Assembly: GCA_964057225.1 (NCBI GenBank)
Contig: OZ059894.1
Coordinates: forward strand, 3,658,001-3,722,000
DNA length: 64,000 bases
DNA from: Auanema rhodensis
Lineage: Eukaryota; Animalia; Nematoda
Direction: 5' to 3'
Below are positions 39,201 to 53,700 of this stretch, piece by piece. Both the position numbers and the translations under genes were made by a program. Each line of letters opens with the position of its first letter. Within the stretch, counting starts at the first letter, position 1. Below the pieces are notes generated by a model. The model was not told where the DNA came from, ran no database searches, and was given only the letters and a program-made list of their open reading frames with translations.

Positions 39201-42200
39201 TAAATTTCAAAGTCATGGTTACCATCCACCTATATCAACAAAAATGTGTTTTTAGACTAATATGGACATGGGGAATCTAATTTCGAAAAGCGCATCTCTT
39301 CATCTTTCACGTGAAGCGAGTTACATACCAAGTGCACATCACGTGTACACTTAATAAGTATAAATTAAAGTTCACGTAAATTTCAAAGTCATGGTTACCA
39401 TGCACCAATATTAATAAAAATTTGTTTTTAGACTAATATGGAAATGGGGAATCTAATTTTGAAAACCGCATCTCTTTATCTTTCACGTGAAGCGAGTTAC
39501 ATACCAAGCGCATATCATGTGTACACTTAATTAGCATAAATTAAAGTTCACGTAAATTTCAAAGTCATGGTTACCATGCACCAATATTAATAAAAATTTG
39601 TTTTTAGACTAATATGGAAATGGGGAATCTAATTTTGGAAACCGCATCTCTTTATCTTTGACGTAAAGCGAGTTACATACCAAGTGCACATCATGTGTAC
39701 ACTTCATTAGCATAAATTAAAGTTCACGTAAATTTTAAAGTCATGGTTGCCATGCACCAATATCAATAAAAATTGGTTTTTAGACTAATATGGAAATGGG
39801 GAATCTATTTTGAGAACCGCATCTCTTTATCTTTCACGTGAAGCGAGTTACATACCAAGTGCACATCATGTGTACACTTAATTAGCATAAATTAAAGTTC
39901 ACGTAAATTTCAAAGTCATGGTTACCATTCACCAATATTAATAAAAATTTGTTTTTAGACTAATATGGACATAGGGAATCTAATTTTGAAAACCGCATCT
40001 CTTTATCTTTGACTTGAAGCGAGTTACATACCAAGTGCACATCATGTGTACACTTAATAAGCATAAATTAAAGTTCACGTAAATTTCAAAGTCATGGTTA
40101 CCATGCACCAATATTAATAAAAATTGGTTTTTAGACTAATATGGAAATGGGGAATCTAATTTTGGAAACCGCATCTCTTTATCTTTGACGTGAAGCGAGT
40201 TACATACCAAGTGCACATCATGTGTACACTTAATTAGCATAAATTAAAGTTCACGTAAATTTCAAAGTCATGGTTACCATGCACCAATATCAATAAAAAT
40301 TTGTTTTTAGACTAATATGGAAATGGAGAATCTAATTTTGAAAACCGCATCCCTTTATCTTTCACGTGAAGCGAGTTACATACCAAGTGCACATCACGTG
40401 TACACTTAATAAGCATAAATTAAAGTTCACGTAAATTTCAAAGTCATGGTTACCATGCACCAATATCAATAAAAATTCGTTTTTAGACTAATATGAACAT
40501 GAGGAATCTAATTTTGAAAACCGCATCTCTTCATCTTTGACGTGAAGCGAGTTACATACCAAGTGCACATCATGTGTACACTTAATTAGCATAAATTAAA
40601 GTTCACGTAAATTTCAAAGTCATGGTTACCATGCACCAATATCAATAAAAATTTGTTTTTAGACTAATATGGAAATGGGGAATCTAATTTTGAAAACCGC
40701 ATCTCTTCATCTTTCACGTGAAGCGAGTTACATACCAAGCGCACATCATGTGTACACTTAATTAGCATAAATTAAAGTTCACGTAAATTTCAAAGTCATG
40801 GTTACCATGCACCAATATTAATAAAAATTTGTTTTTAGACTAATATGGAAATGGGGAATCTAATTTTGAAAACCGCATCTCTTTATCTTTCACGTGAAGC
40901 GAGTTACATACCAAGCGCATATCATGTGTACACTTAATTAGCATAAATTAAAGTTCACGTAAATTTCAAAGTCATGGTTACCATGCACCAATATTAATAA
41001 AAATTTGTTTTTAGACTAATATGGAAATGGGGAATCTAATTTTGGAAACCGCATCTCTTTATCTTTGACGTAAAGCGAGTTACATACCAAGTGCACATCA
41101 TGTGTACACTTCATTAGCATAAATTAAAGTTCACGTAAATTTTAAAGTCATGGTTGCCATGCACCAATATCAATAAAAATTGGTTTTTAGACTAATATGG
41201 AAATGGGGAATCTATTTTGAGAACCGCATCTCTTTATCTTTCACGTGAAGCGAGTTACATACCAAGTGCACATCATGTGTACACTTAATTAGCATAAATT
41301 AAAGTTCACGTAAATTTCAAAGTCATGGTTACCATTCACCAATATTAATAAAAATTTGTTTTTAGACTAATATGGACATAGGGAATCTAATTTTGAAAAC
41401 CGCATCTCTTTATCTTTGACTTGAAGCGAGTTACATACCAAGTGCACATCATGTGTACACTTAATAAGCATAAATTAAAGTTCACGTAAATTTCAAAGTC
41501 ATGGTTACCATGCACCAATATTAATAAAAATTGGTTTTTAGACTAATATGGAAATGGGGAATCTAATTTTGGAAACCGCATCTCTTTATCTTTGACGTAA
41601 AGCGAGTTACATACCAAGTGCACATCATGTGTACACTTCATTAGCATAAATTAAAGTTCACGTAAATTTTAAAGTCATGGTTGCCATGCACCAATATCAA
41701 TAAAAATTGGTTTTTAGACTAATATGGAAATGGGGAATCTATTTTGAGAACCGCATCTCTTTATCTTTCACGTGAAGCGAGTTACATACCAAGTGCACAT
41801 CATGTGTACACTTAATTAGCATAAATTAAAGTTCACGTAAATTTCAAAGTCATGGTTACCATTCACCAATATTAATAAAAATTTGTTTTTAGACTAATAT
41901 GGACATAGGGAATCTAATTTTGAAAACCGCATCTCTTTATCTTTGACTTGAAGCGAGTTACATACCAAGTGCACATCATGTGTACACTTAATTAGCATAA
42001 ATTGAAGTTCACGTAAATTTCAAAGTCATGGTTACCATCCACCTATATCAACAAAAATGTGTTTTTAGACTAATATGGACATGGGGAATCTAATTTCGAA
42101 AAGCGCATCTCTTCATCTTTCACGTGAAGCGAGTTACATACCAAGTGCACATCACGTGTACACTTAATAAGCATAAATTAAAGTTCACGTAAATTTCAAA

Positions 42201-42899
42201 GTCATGGTTACCATGCACCAATATTAATAAAAATTTGTTTTTAGACTAATATGGAAATGGGGAATCTAATTTTGAAAACCGCATCTCTTCATCTTTCACG
42301 TGAAGCGAGTTACATACCAAGTGCACATCATGTGTACACTTAATTAGCATAAATTAAAGTTCACGTAAATTTCAAAGTCATGGTTACCATGCACCAATAT
42401 CAATAAAAATTTGTTTTTAGACTAATATGGACATGGAGAATCTAATTTTGAAAACCGCATCCCTTTATCTTTCACGTGAAGCGAGTTACATACCAAGTGC
42501 ACATCACGTGTACACTTAATAAGCATAAATTAAAGTTCACGTAAATTTCAAAGTCATGGTTACCATGCACCAATATCAATAAAAATTCGTTTTTAGACTA
42601 ATATGAACATGAGGAATCTAATTTTGAAAACCGCATCTCTTCATCTTTCACGTGAAGCGAGTTACATACCAAGTGCACATCATGTGTACACTTAATTAGC
42701 ATAAATTAAAGTTCACGTAAATTTCAAAGTCATGGTTACCATGCACCAATATTAATAAAAATTTGTTTTTAGACTAATATGGACATGGGGAATCTAATTT
42801 TGAAAACCGCATCTCTTTATCTTTGACGTGAAGCGAGTTACATACCAAGTGCACATCATGTGTACACTTAATTAGCATAAATTAAAGTTCACGTAAATT

Positions 42900-45800
42900 T
42901 CAAAGTCATGGTTACCATGCACCAATATTAATAAAAATTTGTTTTTAGACTAATATGGACATGGGGAATCTAATTTTGAAAACCGCATCTCTTTATCTTT
43001 GACGTAAAGCGAGTTACATACCAAGTGCACATCATGTGTACACTTAATTAGCATAAATTAAAGTTCACGTAAATTTTAAAGTCATGGTTGCCATGCACCA
43101 ATATCAATAAAAATTTGTTTTTAGACTAATTTGGAAATGGGGAATCTATTTTGAAAACCGCATCTCTTCATCTTTCACGTGAAGCGAGTTACATACCAAG
43201 TGCACATCACGTGTACACTTAATTAGCATAAATTGAAGTTCACGTAAATTTCAAAGTCATGGTTACCATGCACCAATATCAATAAAAATTTGTTTTTAGA
43301 CTAATATGGAAATGGGGAATCTATTTTGAAAACCGCATTTCTTTATCTTTCACGTGAAGCGAGTTACATACCAAGTGCACATCATGTGTACACTTAATTA
43401 GCATAAATTAAAGTTCACGTAAATTTCAAAGTCATGGTTACCATGCACCAATATCAATAAAAATTTGTTTTTAGACTAATATGGAAATGGGGAATCTAAT
43501 TTTGAAAACCGCATCTCTTCATCTTTCACGTGAAGCGAGTTACATACCAAGCGCACATCATGTGTACACTTAATTAGCATAAATTAAAGTTCACGTAAAT
43601 TTCAAAGTCATGGTTACCATGCACCAATATTAATAAAAATTTGTTTTTAGACTAATATGGACATGGGGAATCTAATTTTGAAAACCGCATCTCTTTATCT
43701 TTGACGTAAAGCGAGTTACATACCAAGTGCACATCATGTGTACACTTAATTAGCATAAATTAAAGTTCACGTAAATTTTAAAGTCATGGTTGCCATGCAC
43801 CAATATCAATAAAAATTTGTTTTTAGACTAATTTGGAAATGGGGAATCTATTTTGAAAACCGCATCTCTTCATCTTTCACGTGAAGCGAGTTACATACCA
43901 AGTGCACATCACGTGTACACTTAATTAGCATAAATTGAAGTTCACGTAAATTTCAAAGTCATGGTTACCATGCACCAATATCAATAAAAATTTGTTTTTA
44001 GACTAATATGGAAATGGGGAATCTATTTTGAAAACCGCATCTCTTTATCTTTCACGTGAAGCGAGTTACATACCAAGCGCACATCATGTGTACACTTAAT
44101 TAGCATAAATTAAAGTTCACGTAAATTTCAAAGTCATGGTTACCATGCACCAATATCAATAAAAATTTGTTTTTAGACTAATATGGAAATGGGGAATCTA
44201 ATTTTGAAAACCGCATCTCTTCATCTTTCACGTGAAGCGAGTTACATACCAAGTGCACATCACGTGTACACTTAATTAGCATAAATTGAAGTTCACGTAA
44301 ATTCCAAAGTCATGGTTACCATGCACCAATATCAATAAAAATTTGTTTTCAGACTAATATGGACATGCGGAATCTAATTTTTAAAACCGCATCTCTTTAT
44401 CTTTCACGTGAAGCGAGTTACATACCAAGTGCACATCACGTGTACACTTAATAAGCATAAATTAAAGTTCACGTAAATTTCAAAGTCATGGTTACCATGC
44501 ACCAATATTAATAAAAATTTGTTTTTAGACTAATATGGACATGGGGAATCTAATTTTGAAAACCGCATCCCTTTATCTTTCACGTGAAGCGAGTTACATA
44601 CCAAGCGCACATCATGTGTACACTTAATTAGCATAAATTAAAGTTCACGTAAATTTCAAAGTCATGGTTACCATGCACCAATATTAATAAAAATTTGTTT
44701 TTAGACTAATATGGACATGGGGAATCTAATTTTGAAAACTGCATCTCTTTATCTTTGACGTAAAGCGAGTTACATACCAAGTGCACATCATGTGTACACT
44801 TAATTAGCATAAATTAAAGTTCACGTAAATTTTAAAGTCATGGTTGCCATGCACCAATATCAATAAAAATTTGTTTTTAGACTAATATGGAAATGGGGAA
44901 TCTATTTTGAAAACGGCATCTCTTTATCTTTCACGTGAAGCGAGTTACATACCAAGTGCACATCATGTGTACACTTAATTAGCATAAATTAAAGTTCACG
45001 TAAATTTCAAAGTCATGGTTACCATGCACCAATATTAATAAAAATTTGTTTTTAGACTAATATGGACATGGGGAATCTAATTTTGAAAACCGCATCTCTT
45101 TATCTTTGACGTAAAGCGAGTTACATACCAAGTGCACATCATGTGTACACTTAATTAGCATAAATTAAAGTTCACGTAAATTTTAAAGTCATGGTTGCCA
45201 TGCACCAATATCAATAAAAATTTGTTTTTAGACTAATTTGGAAATGGGGAATCTATTTTGAAAACCGCATCTCTTCATCTTTCACGTGAAGCGAGTTACA
45301 TACCAAGTGCACATCACGTGTACACTTAATTAGCATAAATTGAAGTTCACGTAAATTTCAAAGTCATGGTTACCATGCACCAATATCAATAAAAATTTGT
45401 TTTTAGACTAATATGGAAATGGGGAATCTATTTTGAAAACCGCATTTCTTTATCTTTCACGTGAAGCGAGTTACATACCAAGTGCACATCATGTGTACAC
45501 TTAATTAGCATAAATTAAAGTTCACGTAAATTTCAAAGTCATGGTTACCATGCACCAATATCAATAAAAATTTGTTTTTAGACTAATATGGAAATGGGGA
45601 ATCTAATTTTGAAAACCGCATCTCTTCATCTTTCACGTGAAGCGAGTTACATACCAAGCGCACATCATGTGTACACTTAATTAGCATAAATTAAAGTTCA
45701 CGTAAATTTCAAAGTCATGGTTACCATGCACCAATATTAATAAAAATTTGTTTTTAGACTAATATGGACATGGGGAATCTAATTTTGAAAACCGCATCTC

Positions 45801-47130
45801 TTTATCTTTGACGTAAAGCGAGTTACATACCAAGTGCACATCATGTGTACACTTAATTAGCATAAATTAAAGTTCACGTAAATTTTAAAGTCATGGTTGC
45901 CATGCACCAATATCAATAAAAATTTGTTTTTAGACTAATTTGGAAATGGGGAATCTATTTTGAAAACCGCATCTCTTCATCTTTCACGTGAAGCGAGTTA
46001 CATACCAAGTGCACATCACGTGTACACTTAATTAGCATAAATTGAAGTTCACGTAAATTTCAAAGTCATGGTTACCATGCACCAATATCAATAAAAATTT
46101 GTTTTTAGACTAATATGGAAATGGGGAATCTATTTTGAAAACCGCATCTCTTTATCTTTCACGTGAAGCGAGTTACATACCAAGTGCACATCATGTGTAC
46201 ACTTAATTAGCATAAATTAAAGTTCACGTAAATTTCAAAGTCATGGTTACCATGCACCAATATCAATAAAAATTTGTTTTTAGACTAATATGGAAATGGG
46301 GAATCTAATTTTGAAAACCGCATCTCTTCATCTTTCACGTGAAGCGAGTTACATACCAAGTGCACATCACGTGTACACTTAATTAGCATAAATTGAAGTT
46401 CACGTAAATTCCAAAGTCATGGTTACCATGCACCAATATCAATAAAAATTTGTTTTCAGACTAATATGGACATGCGGAATCTAATTTTTAAAACCGCATC
46501 TCTTTATCTTTCACGTGAAGCGAGTTACATACCAAGTGCACATCACGTGTACACTTAATAAGCATAAATTAAAGTTCACGTAAATTTCAAAGTCATGGTT
46601 ACCATGCACCAATATTAATAAAAATTTGTTTTTAGACTAATATGGACATGGGGAATCTAATTTTGAAAACCGCATCCCTTTATCTTTCACGTGAAGCGAG
46701 TTACATACCAAGCGCACATCATGTGTACACTTAATTAGCATAAATTAAAGTTCACGTAAATTTCAAAGTCATGGTTACCATGCACCAATATTAATAAAAA
46801 TTTGTTTTTAGACTAATATGGACATGGGGAATCTAATTTTGAAAACTGCATCTCTTTATCTTTGACGTAAAGCGAGTTACATACCAAGTGCACATCATGT
46901 GTACACTTAATTAGCATAAATTAAAGTTCACGTAAATTTTAAAGTCATGGTTGCCATGCACCAATATCAATAAAAATTTGTTTTTAGACTAATATGGAAA
47001 TGGGGAATCTATTTTGAAAACGGCATCTCTTTATCTTTCACGTGAAGCGAGTTACATACCAAGTGCACATCATGTGTACACTTAATTAGCATAAATTAAA
47101 GTTCACGTAAATTTCAAAGTCATGGTTACC
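42900..47130. repeat. SatA 12-mer tandem duplication (2107 bp), two copies; boundaries approximate
   Basis: Private variant CATGCGGAATCTAATTTTTAAAA has its GCGG at 44367 and 46474. GCATTTCT, AACTGCA and AACGGCA repeat at the same offset. Confidence 0.88.
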
Positions 47131-50100
47131 ATTCACCAATATTAATAAAAATTTGTTTTTAGACTAATATGGACATGGGGAATCTAATTTTGAAAACCGC
47201 ATCCCTTTATCTTTCACGTGAAGCGAGTTACATACCGAGTGCACATCACGTGTACACTTAATAAGCATAAATTGAAGTTCACGTAAATTTCAAAGTCATG
47301 GTTACCATGCACCAATATTAATAAAAATTTGTTTTTAGACTAATATGGACATGGGGAATCTAATTTTGGAAACCGCATCTCTTCATCTTTCACGTGAAGC
47401 GAGTTACATACCAAGCGCACATCATGTTTACACTTAATTAGCATAAATTAAAGTTCACGTAAATTTCAAAGTCATGGTTACCATGCACCAATATCAATAA
47501 AAATTTGTTTTTAGACTAATATGGAAATGGGGAATCTAATTTTGAAAACCGCATCTCTTCATCTTTCACGTGAAGCGAGTTACATACCAAGTGCACATCA
47601 CGTGTACACTTAATAAGCATAAATTAAAGTTCACGTAAATTTCAAAGTCATGGTTACCATGCACCAATATCGATAAAAATTCGTTTTTAGACTAATATGG
47701 ACATGAGGAATCTAATTTTGGAAACCGCATCTCTTCATCTTTCACGTGAAGCGAGTTACATACCAAGCGCACATCACGTGTACACTTAATTAGCATAAAT
47801 TGAAGTTCACGTAAATTCCAAAGTCATGGTTACCATGCACCAATATCAATAAAAATTTGTTTTCAGACTAATATGGACATGGGGAATCTAATTTTGAAAA
47901 CCGCATCTCTTCATCTTTCACGTGAAGCGAGTTACATACCAAGTGCACATCATGTGTACACTTAATTAGCATAAATTAAAGTTCACGTAAATTTCAAAGT
48001 CATGGTTACCATGCACCAATATTAATAAAAATTTGTTTTTAGACTAATATGGACATGGGGAATCTAATTTTGAAAACCGCATCTCTTTATCTTTGACGTG
48101 AAGCGAGTTACATACCAAGTGCACATCATGTGTACACTTAATTAGCATAAATTAAAGTTCACGTAAATTTCAAAGTCATGGTTACCATGCACCAATATTA
48201 ATAAAAATTTGTTTTTAGACTATAATGGACATGGGGAATCTAATTTTGAAAACCGCATCTCTTTATCTTTGACGTGAAGCGAGTTACATACCAAGTGCAC
48301 ATCATGTGTACACTTAATTAGCATAAATTTAAGTTCACGTAAATTTTAAAGTCATGGTTGCCATGCACCAATATCAATAAAAATTTGTTTTTAGACTAAC
48401 ATGGAAATGGGAAATCTAATTTTGAAAACCGCATCTCTTTATCTTTCACGTGAAGCGAGTTACATACCAAGCGCACATCATGTGTACACTTAATTAGCAT
48501 AAATTAAAGTTCACGTAAATTTCAAAGTCATGGTTACCATGCACCAATATTAATAAAAATTTGTTTTTAGACTAATATGGACATGGGGAATCTAATTTTG
48601 AAAACTGCATCTCTTTATCTTTGACGTAAAGCGAGTTACATACCAAGTGCACATCATGTGTACACTTAATTAGCATAAATTAAAGTTCACGTAAATTTTA
48701 AAGTCATGGTTGCCATGCACCAATATCAATAAAAATTTGTTTTTAGACTAATATGGAAATGGGGAATCTATTTTGAAAACGGCATCTCTTTATCTTTCAC
48801 GTGAAGCGAGTTACATACCAAGTGCACATCATGTGTACACTTAATTAGCATAAATTAAAGTTCACGTAAATTTCAAAGTCATGGTTACCATTCACCAATA
48901 TTAATAAAAATTTGTTTTTAGACTAATATGGACATAGGGAATCTAATTTTGAAAACCGCATCTCTTTATCTTTGACTTGAAGCGAGTTACATACCAAGTG
49001 CACATCATGTGTACACTTAATTAGCATAAATTGAAGTTCACGTAAATTTCAAAGTCATGGTTACCATCCACCAATATCAACAAAAATGTGTTTTTAGACT
49101 AATATGGACATAGGGAATCTAATTTTGAAAACCGCATCTCTTTATCTTTGACTTGAAGCGAGTTACATACCAAGTGCACATCATGTGTACACTTAATTAG
49201 CATAAATTGAAGTTCACGTAAATTTCAAAGTCATGGTTACCATCCACCAATATCAACAAAAATGTGTTTTTAGACTAATATGGACATGGGGAATCTAATT
49301 TCGAAAAGCGCATCTCTTCATCTTTCACGTGAAGCGAGTTACATACCAAGTGCACATCATGTGTACACTTAATAAGCATAAATTAAAGTTCACGTAAATT
49401 TCAAAGTCATGGTTACCATGCACCAATATCAATAAAAATTTGTTTTTAGACTAATATGGAAATGGGGAATCTAATTTTGAAAACCGCATCTCTTCATCTT
49501 TCACGTGAAGCGAGTTACATACCAAGTGCACATCATGTGTACACTTAATTAGCATAAATTAAAGTTCACGTAAATTTCAAAGTCATGGTTACCATGCACC
49601 AATATCAATAAAAATTTGTTTTTAGACTAATATGGACATGGGGAATCTAATTTTGAAAACCGCATCTCTTTATCTTTCACGTGAAGCGAGTTACATACCA
49701 AGTGCACATCATGTGTACACTTAATTAGCATAAATTAAAGTTCACGTAAATTTCAAAGTCATGGTTACCATTCACCAATATTAATAAAAATTTGTTTTTA
49801 GACTAATATGGACATAGGGAATCTAATTTTGAAAACCGCATCTCTTTATCTTTGACTTGAAGCGAGTTACATACCAAGTGCACATCATGTGTACACTTAA
49901 TTAGCATAAATTGAAGTTCACGTAAATTTCAAAGTCATGGTTACCATCCACCAATATCAACAAAAATGTGTTTTTAGACTAATATGGACATGGGGAATCT
50001 AATTTCGAAAAGCGCATCTCTTCATCTTTCACGTGAAGCGAGTTACATACCAAGTGCACATCACGTGTACACTTAATAAGCATAAATTAAAGTTCACGTA

Positions 50101-50599
50101 AATTTCAAAGTCATGGTTACCATGCACCAATATCAATAAAAATTTGTTTTTAGACTAATATGGAAATGGGGAATCTAATTTTGAGAACCGCATCTCTTCA
50201 TCTTTCACGTGAAGCGAGTTACATACCAAGTGCACATCATGTGTACACTTAATTAGCATAAATTAAAGTTCACGTAAATTTCAAAGTCATGGTTACCATG
50301 CACCAATATCAATAAAAATTTGTTTTTAGACTAATATGGACATGGGGAATCTAATTTTGAAAACCGCATCCCTTTATCTTTCACGTGAAGCGAGTTACAT
50401 ACCAAGTGCACATCACGTGTACACTTAATAAGCATAAATTAAAGTTCACGTAAATTTCAAAGTCATGGTTACCATGCACCAATATCGATAAAAATTCGTT
50501 TTTAGACTAATATGGACATGAGGAATCTAATTTTGAAAACCGCATCTCTTCATCTTTCACGTGAAGCGAGTTACATACCAAGTGCACATCATGTGTACA

Positions 50600-53500
50600 C
50601 TTAATTAGCATAAATTAAAGTTCACGTAAATTTCAAAGTCATGGTTACCATGCACCAATATCAATAAAAATTTGTTTTTAGACTAATATGGAAATGGGGA
50701 ATCTAATTTTGAAAACCGCATCTCTTCATCTTTCACGTGAAGCGAGTTACATACCAAGCGCACATCATGTGTACACTTAATTAGCATAAATTAAAGTTCA
50801 CGTAAATTTCAAAGTCATGGTTACCATGCACCAATATTAATAAAAATTTGTTTTTAGACTAATATGGACATGGGGAATCTAATTTTGAAAACCGCATCTC
50901 TTTATCTTTGACGTAAAGCGAGTTACATACCAAGTGCACATCATGTGTACACTTAATTAGCATAAATTAAAGTTCACGTAAATTTTAAAGTCATGGTTGC
51001 CATGCACCAATATCAATAAAAATTTGTTTTTAGACTAATTTGGAAATGAGGAATCTATTTTGAAAACCGCATCTCTTCATCTTTCACGTGAAGCGAGTTA
51101 CATACCAAGTGCACATCACGTGTACACTTAATTAGCATGAATTGAAGTTCACGTAAATTTCAAAGTCATGGTTACCATGCACCAATATCAATAAAAATTT
51201 GTTTTTAGACTAATATGGACATGGGGAATCTAATTTTGAAAACCGCATCCCTTTATCTTTCACGTGAAGCGAGTTACATACCAAGTGCACATCACGTGTA
51301 CACTTAATAAGCATAAATTAAAGTTCACGTAAATTTCAAAGTCATGGTTACCATGCACCAATATCAATAAAAATTCGTTTTTAGACTAATATGGACATGA
51401 GGAATCTAATTTTGAAAACCGCATCTCTTCATCTTTCACGTGAAGCGAGTTACATACCAAGTGCACATCATGTGTACACTTAATTAGCATAAATTAAAGT
51501 TCACGTAAATTTTAAAGTCATGGTTGCCATGCACCAATATCAATAAAAATTTGTTTTTAGACTAATATGGAAATGAGGAATCTAATTTTGAAAACCGCAT
51601 CTCTTCATCTTTCACGTGAAGCGAGTTACATACCAAGTGCACATCATGTGTACACTTAATTAGCATAAATTAAAGTTCACGTAAATTTCAAAGTCATGGT
51701 TACCATGCACCAATATCAATAAAAATTTGTTTTTAGACTAATATGGAAATGGGGAATCTAATTTTGAAAACCGCATCTCTTCATCTTTCACGTGAAGCGA
51801 GTTACATACCAAGCGCACATCATGTGTACACTTAATTAGCATAAATTAAAGTTCACGTAAATTTCAAAGTCATGGTTACCATGCACCAATATTAATAAAA
51901 ATTTGTTTTTAGACTAATATGGACATGGGGAATCTAATTTTGAAAACCGCATCTCTTTATCTTTGACGTAAAGCGAGTTACATACCAAGTGCACATCATG
52001 TGTACACTTAATTAGCATAAATTAAAGTTCACGTAAATTTTAAAGTCATGGTTGCCATGCACCAATATCAATAAAAATTTGTTTTTAGACTAATTTGGAA
52101 ATGAGGAATCTATTTTGAAAACCGCATCTCTTCATCTTTCACGTGAAGCGAGTTACATACCAAGTGCACATCACGTGTACACTTAATTAGCATGAATTGA
52201 AGTTCACGTAAATTTCAAAGTCATGGTTACCATGCACCAATATCAATAAAAATTTGTTTTTAGACTAATATGAACATGAGGAATCTAATTTTGAAAACCG
52301 CATCTCTTCATCTTTCACGTGAAGCGAGTTACATACCAAGTGCACATCACGTGTACACTTAATAAGCATAAATTAAAGTTCACGTAAATTTCAAAGTCAT
52401 GGTTACCATGCACCAATATCAATAAAAATTCGTTTTTAGACTAATATGGACATGAGGAATCTAATTTTGAAAACCGCATCTCTTCATCTTTCACGTGAAG
52501 CGAGTTACATACCAAGTGCACATCATGTGTACACTTAATTAGCATAAATTAAAGTTCACGTAAATTTTAAAGTCATGGTTGCCATGCACCAATATCAATA
52601 AAAATTTGTTTTTAGACTAATATGGAAATGAGGAATCTAATTTTGAAAACCGCATCTCTTCATCTTTCACGTGAAGCGAGTTACATACCAAGTGCACATC
52701 ATGTGTACACTTAATTAGCATAAATTAAAGTTCACGTAAATTTCAAAGTCATGGTTACCATGCACCAATATCAATAAACATTTGTTTTTAGACTAATATG
52801 GAAATGGGGAATCTAATTTTGAAAACCGCATCTCTTCATCTTTCACGTGAAGCGAGTTACATACCAAGCGCACATCATGTGTACACTTAATTAGCATAAA
52901 TTAAAGTTCACGTAAATTTCAAAGTCATGGTTACCATGCACCAATATTAATAAAAATTTGTTTTTAGACTAATATGGACATGGGGAATCTAATTTTGAAA
53001 ACCGCATCTCTTTATCTTTGACGTAAAGCGAGTTACATACCAAGTGCACATCATGTGTACACTTAATTAGCATAAATTAAAGTTCACGTAAATTTTAAAG
53101 TCATGGTTGCCATGCACCAATATCAATAAAAATTTGTTTTTAGACTAATTTGGAAATGAGGAATCTATTTTGAAAACCGCATCTCTTCATCTTTCACGTG
53201 AAGCGAGTTACATACCAAGTGCACATCACGTGTACACTTAATTAGCATGAATTGAAGTTCACGTAAATTTCAAAGTCATGGTTACCATGCACCAATATCA
53301 ATAAAAATTTGTTTTTAGACTAATATGGACATGGGGAATCTAATTTTGAAAACCGCATCCCTTTATCTTTCACGTGAAGCGAGTTACATACCAAGTGCAC
53401 ATCACGTGTACACTTAATAAGCATAAATTAAAGTTCACGTAAATTTCAAAGTCATGGTTACCATGCACCAATATCAATAAAAATTCGTTTTTAGACTAAT

Positions 53501-53700
53501 ATGGACATGAGGAATCTAATTTTGAAAACCGCATCTCTTCATCTTTCACGTGAAGCGAGTTACATACCAAGTGCACATCATGTGTACACTTAATTAGCAT
53601 AAATTAAAGTTCACGTAAATTTTAAAGTCATGGTTGCCATGCACCAATATCAATAAAAATTTGTTTTTAGACTAATATGGAAATGGGGAATCTAATTTTG
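50600..53700. repeat. SatA 6-mer higher-order repeat (1055 bp), three copies; boundaries approximate
   Basis: Private variant AGCATGAATT has its CATGA at 51136, 52191 and 53246. Confidence 0.9.

Noticed and set aside
48215-48230. TATAAT variant in one SatA monomer (TAATAT changed to TATAAT)
   Set aside because: A single two-base swap in one copy; mutation or sequencing error, with no evidence for promoter function.
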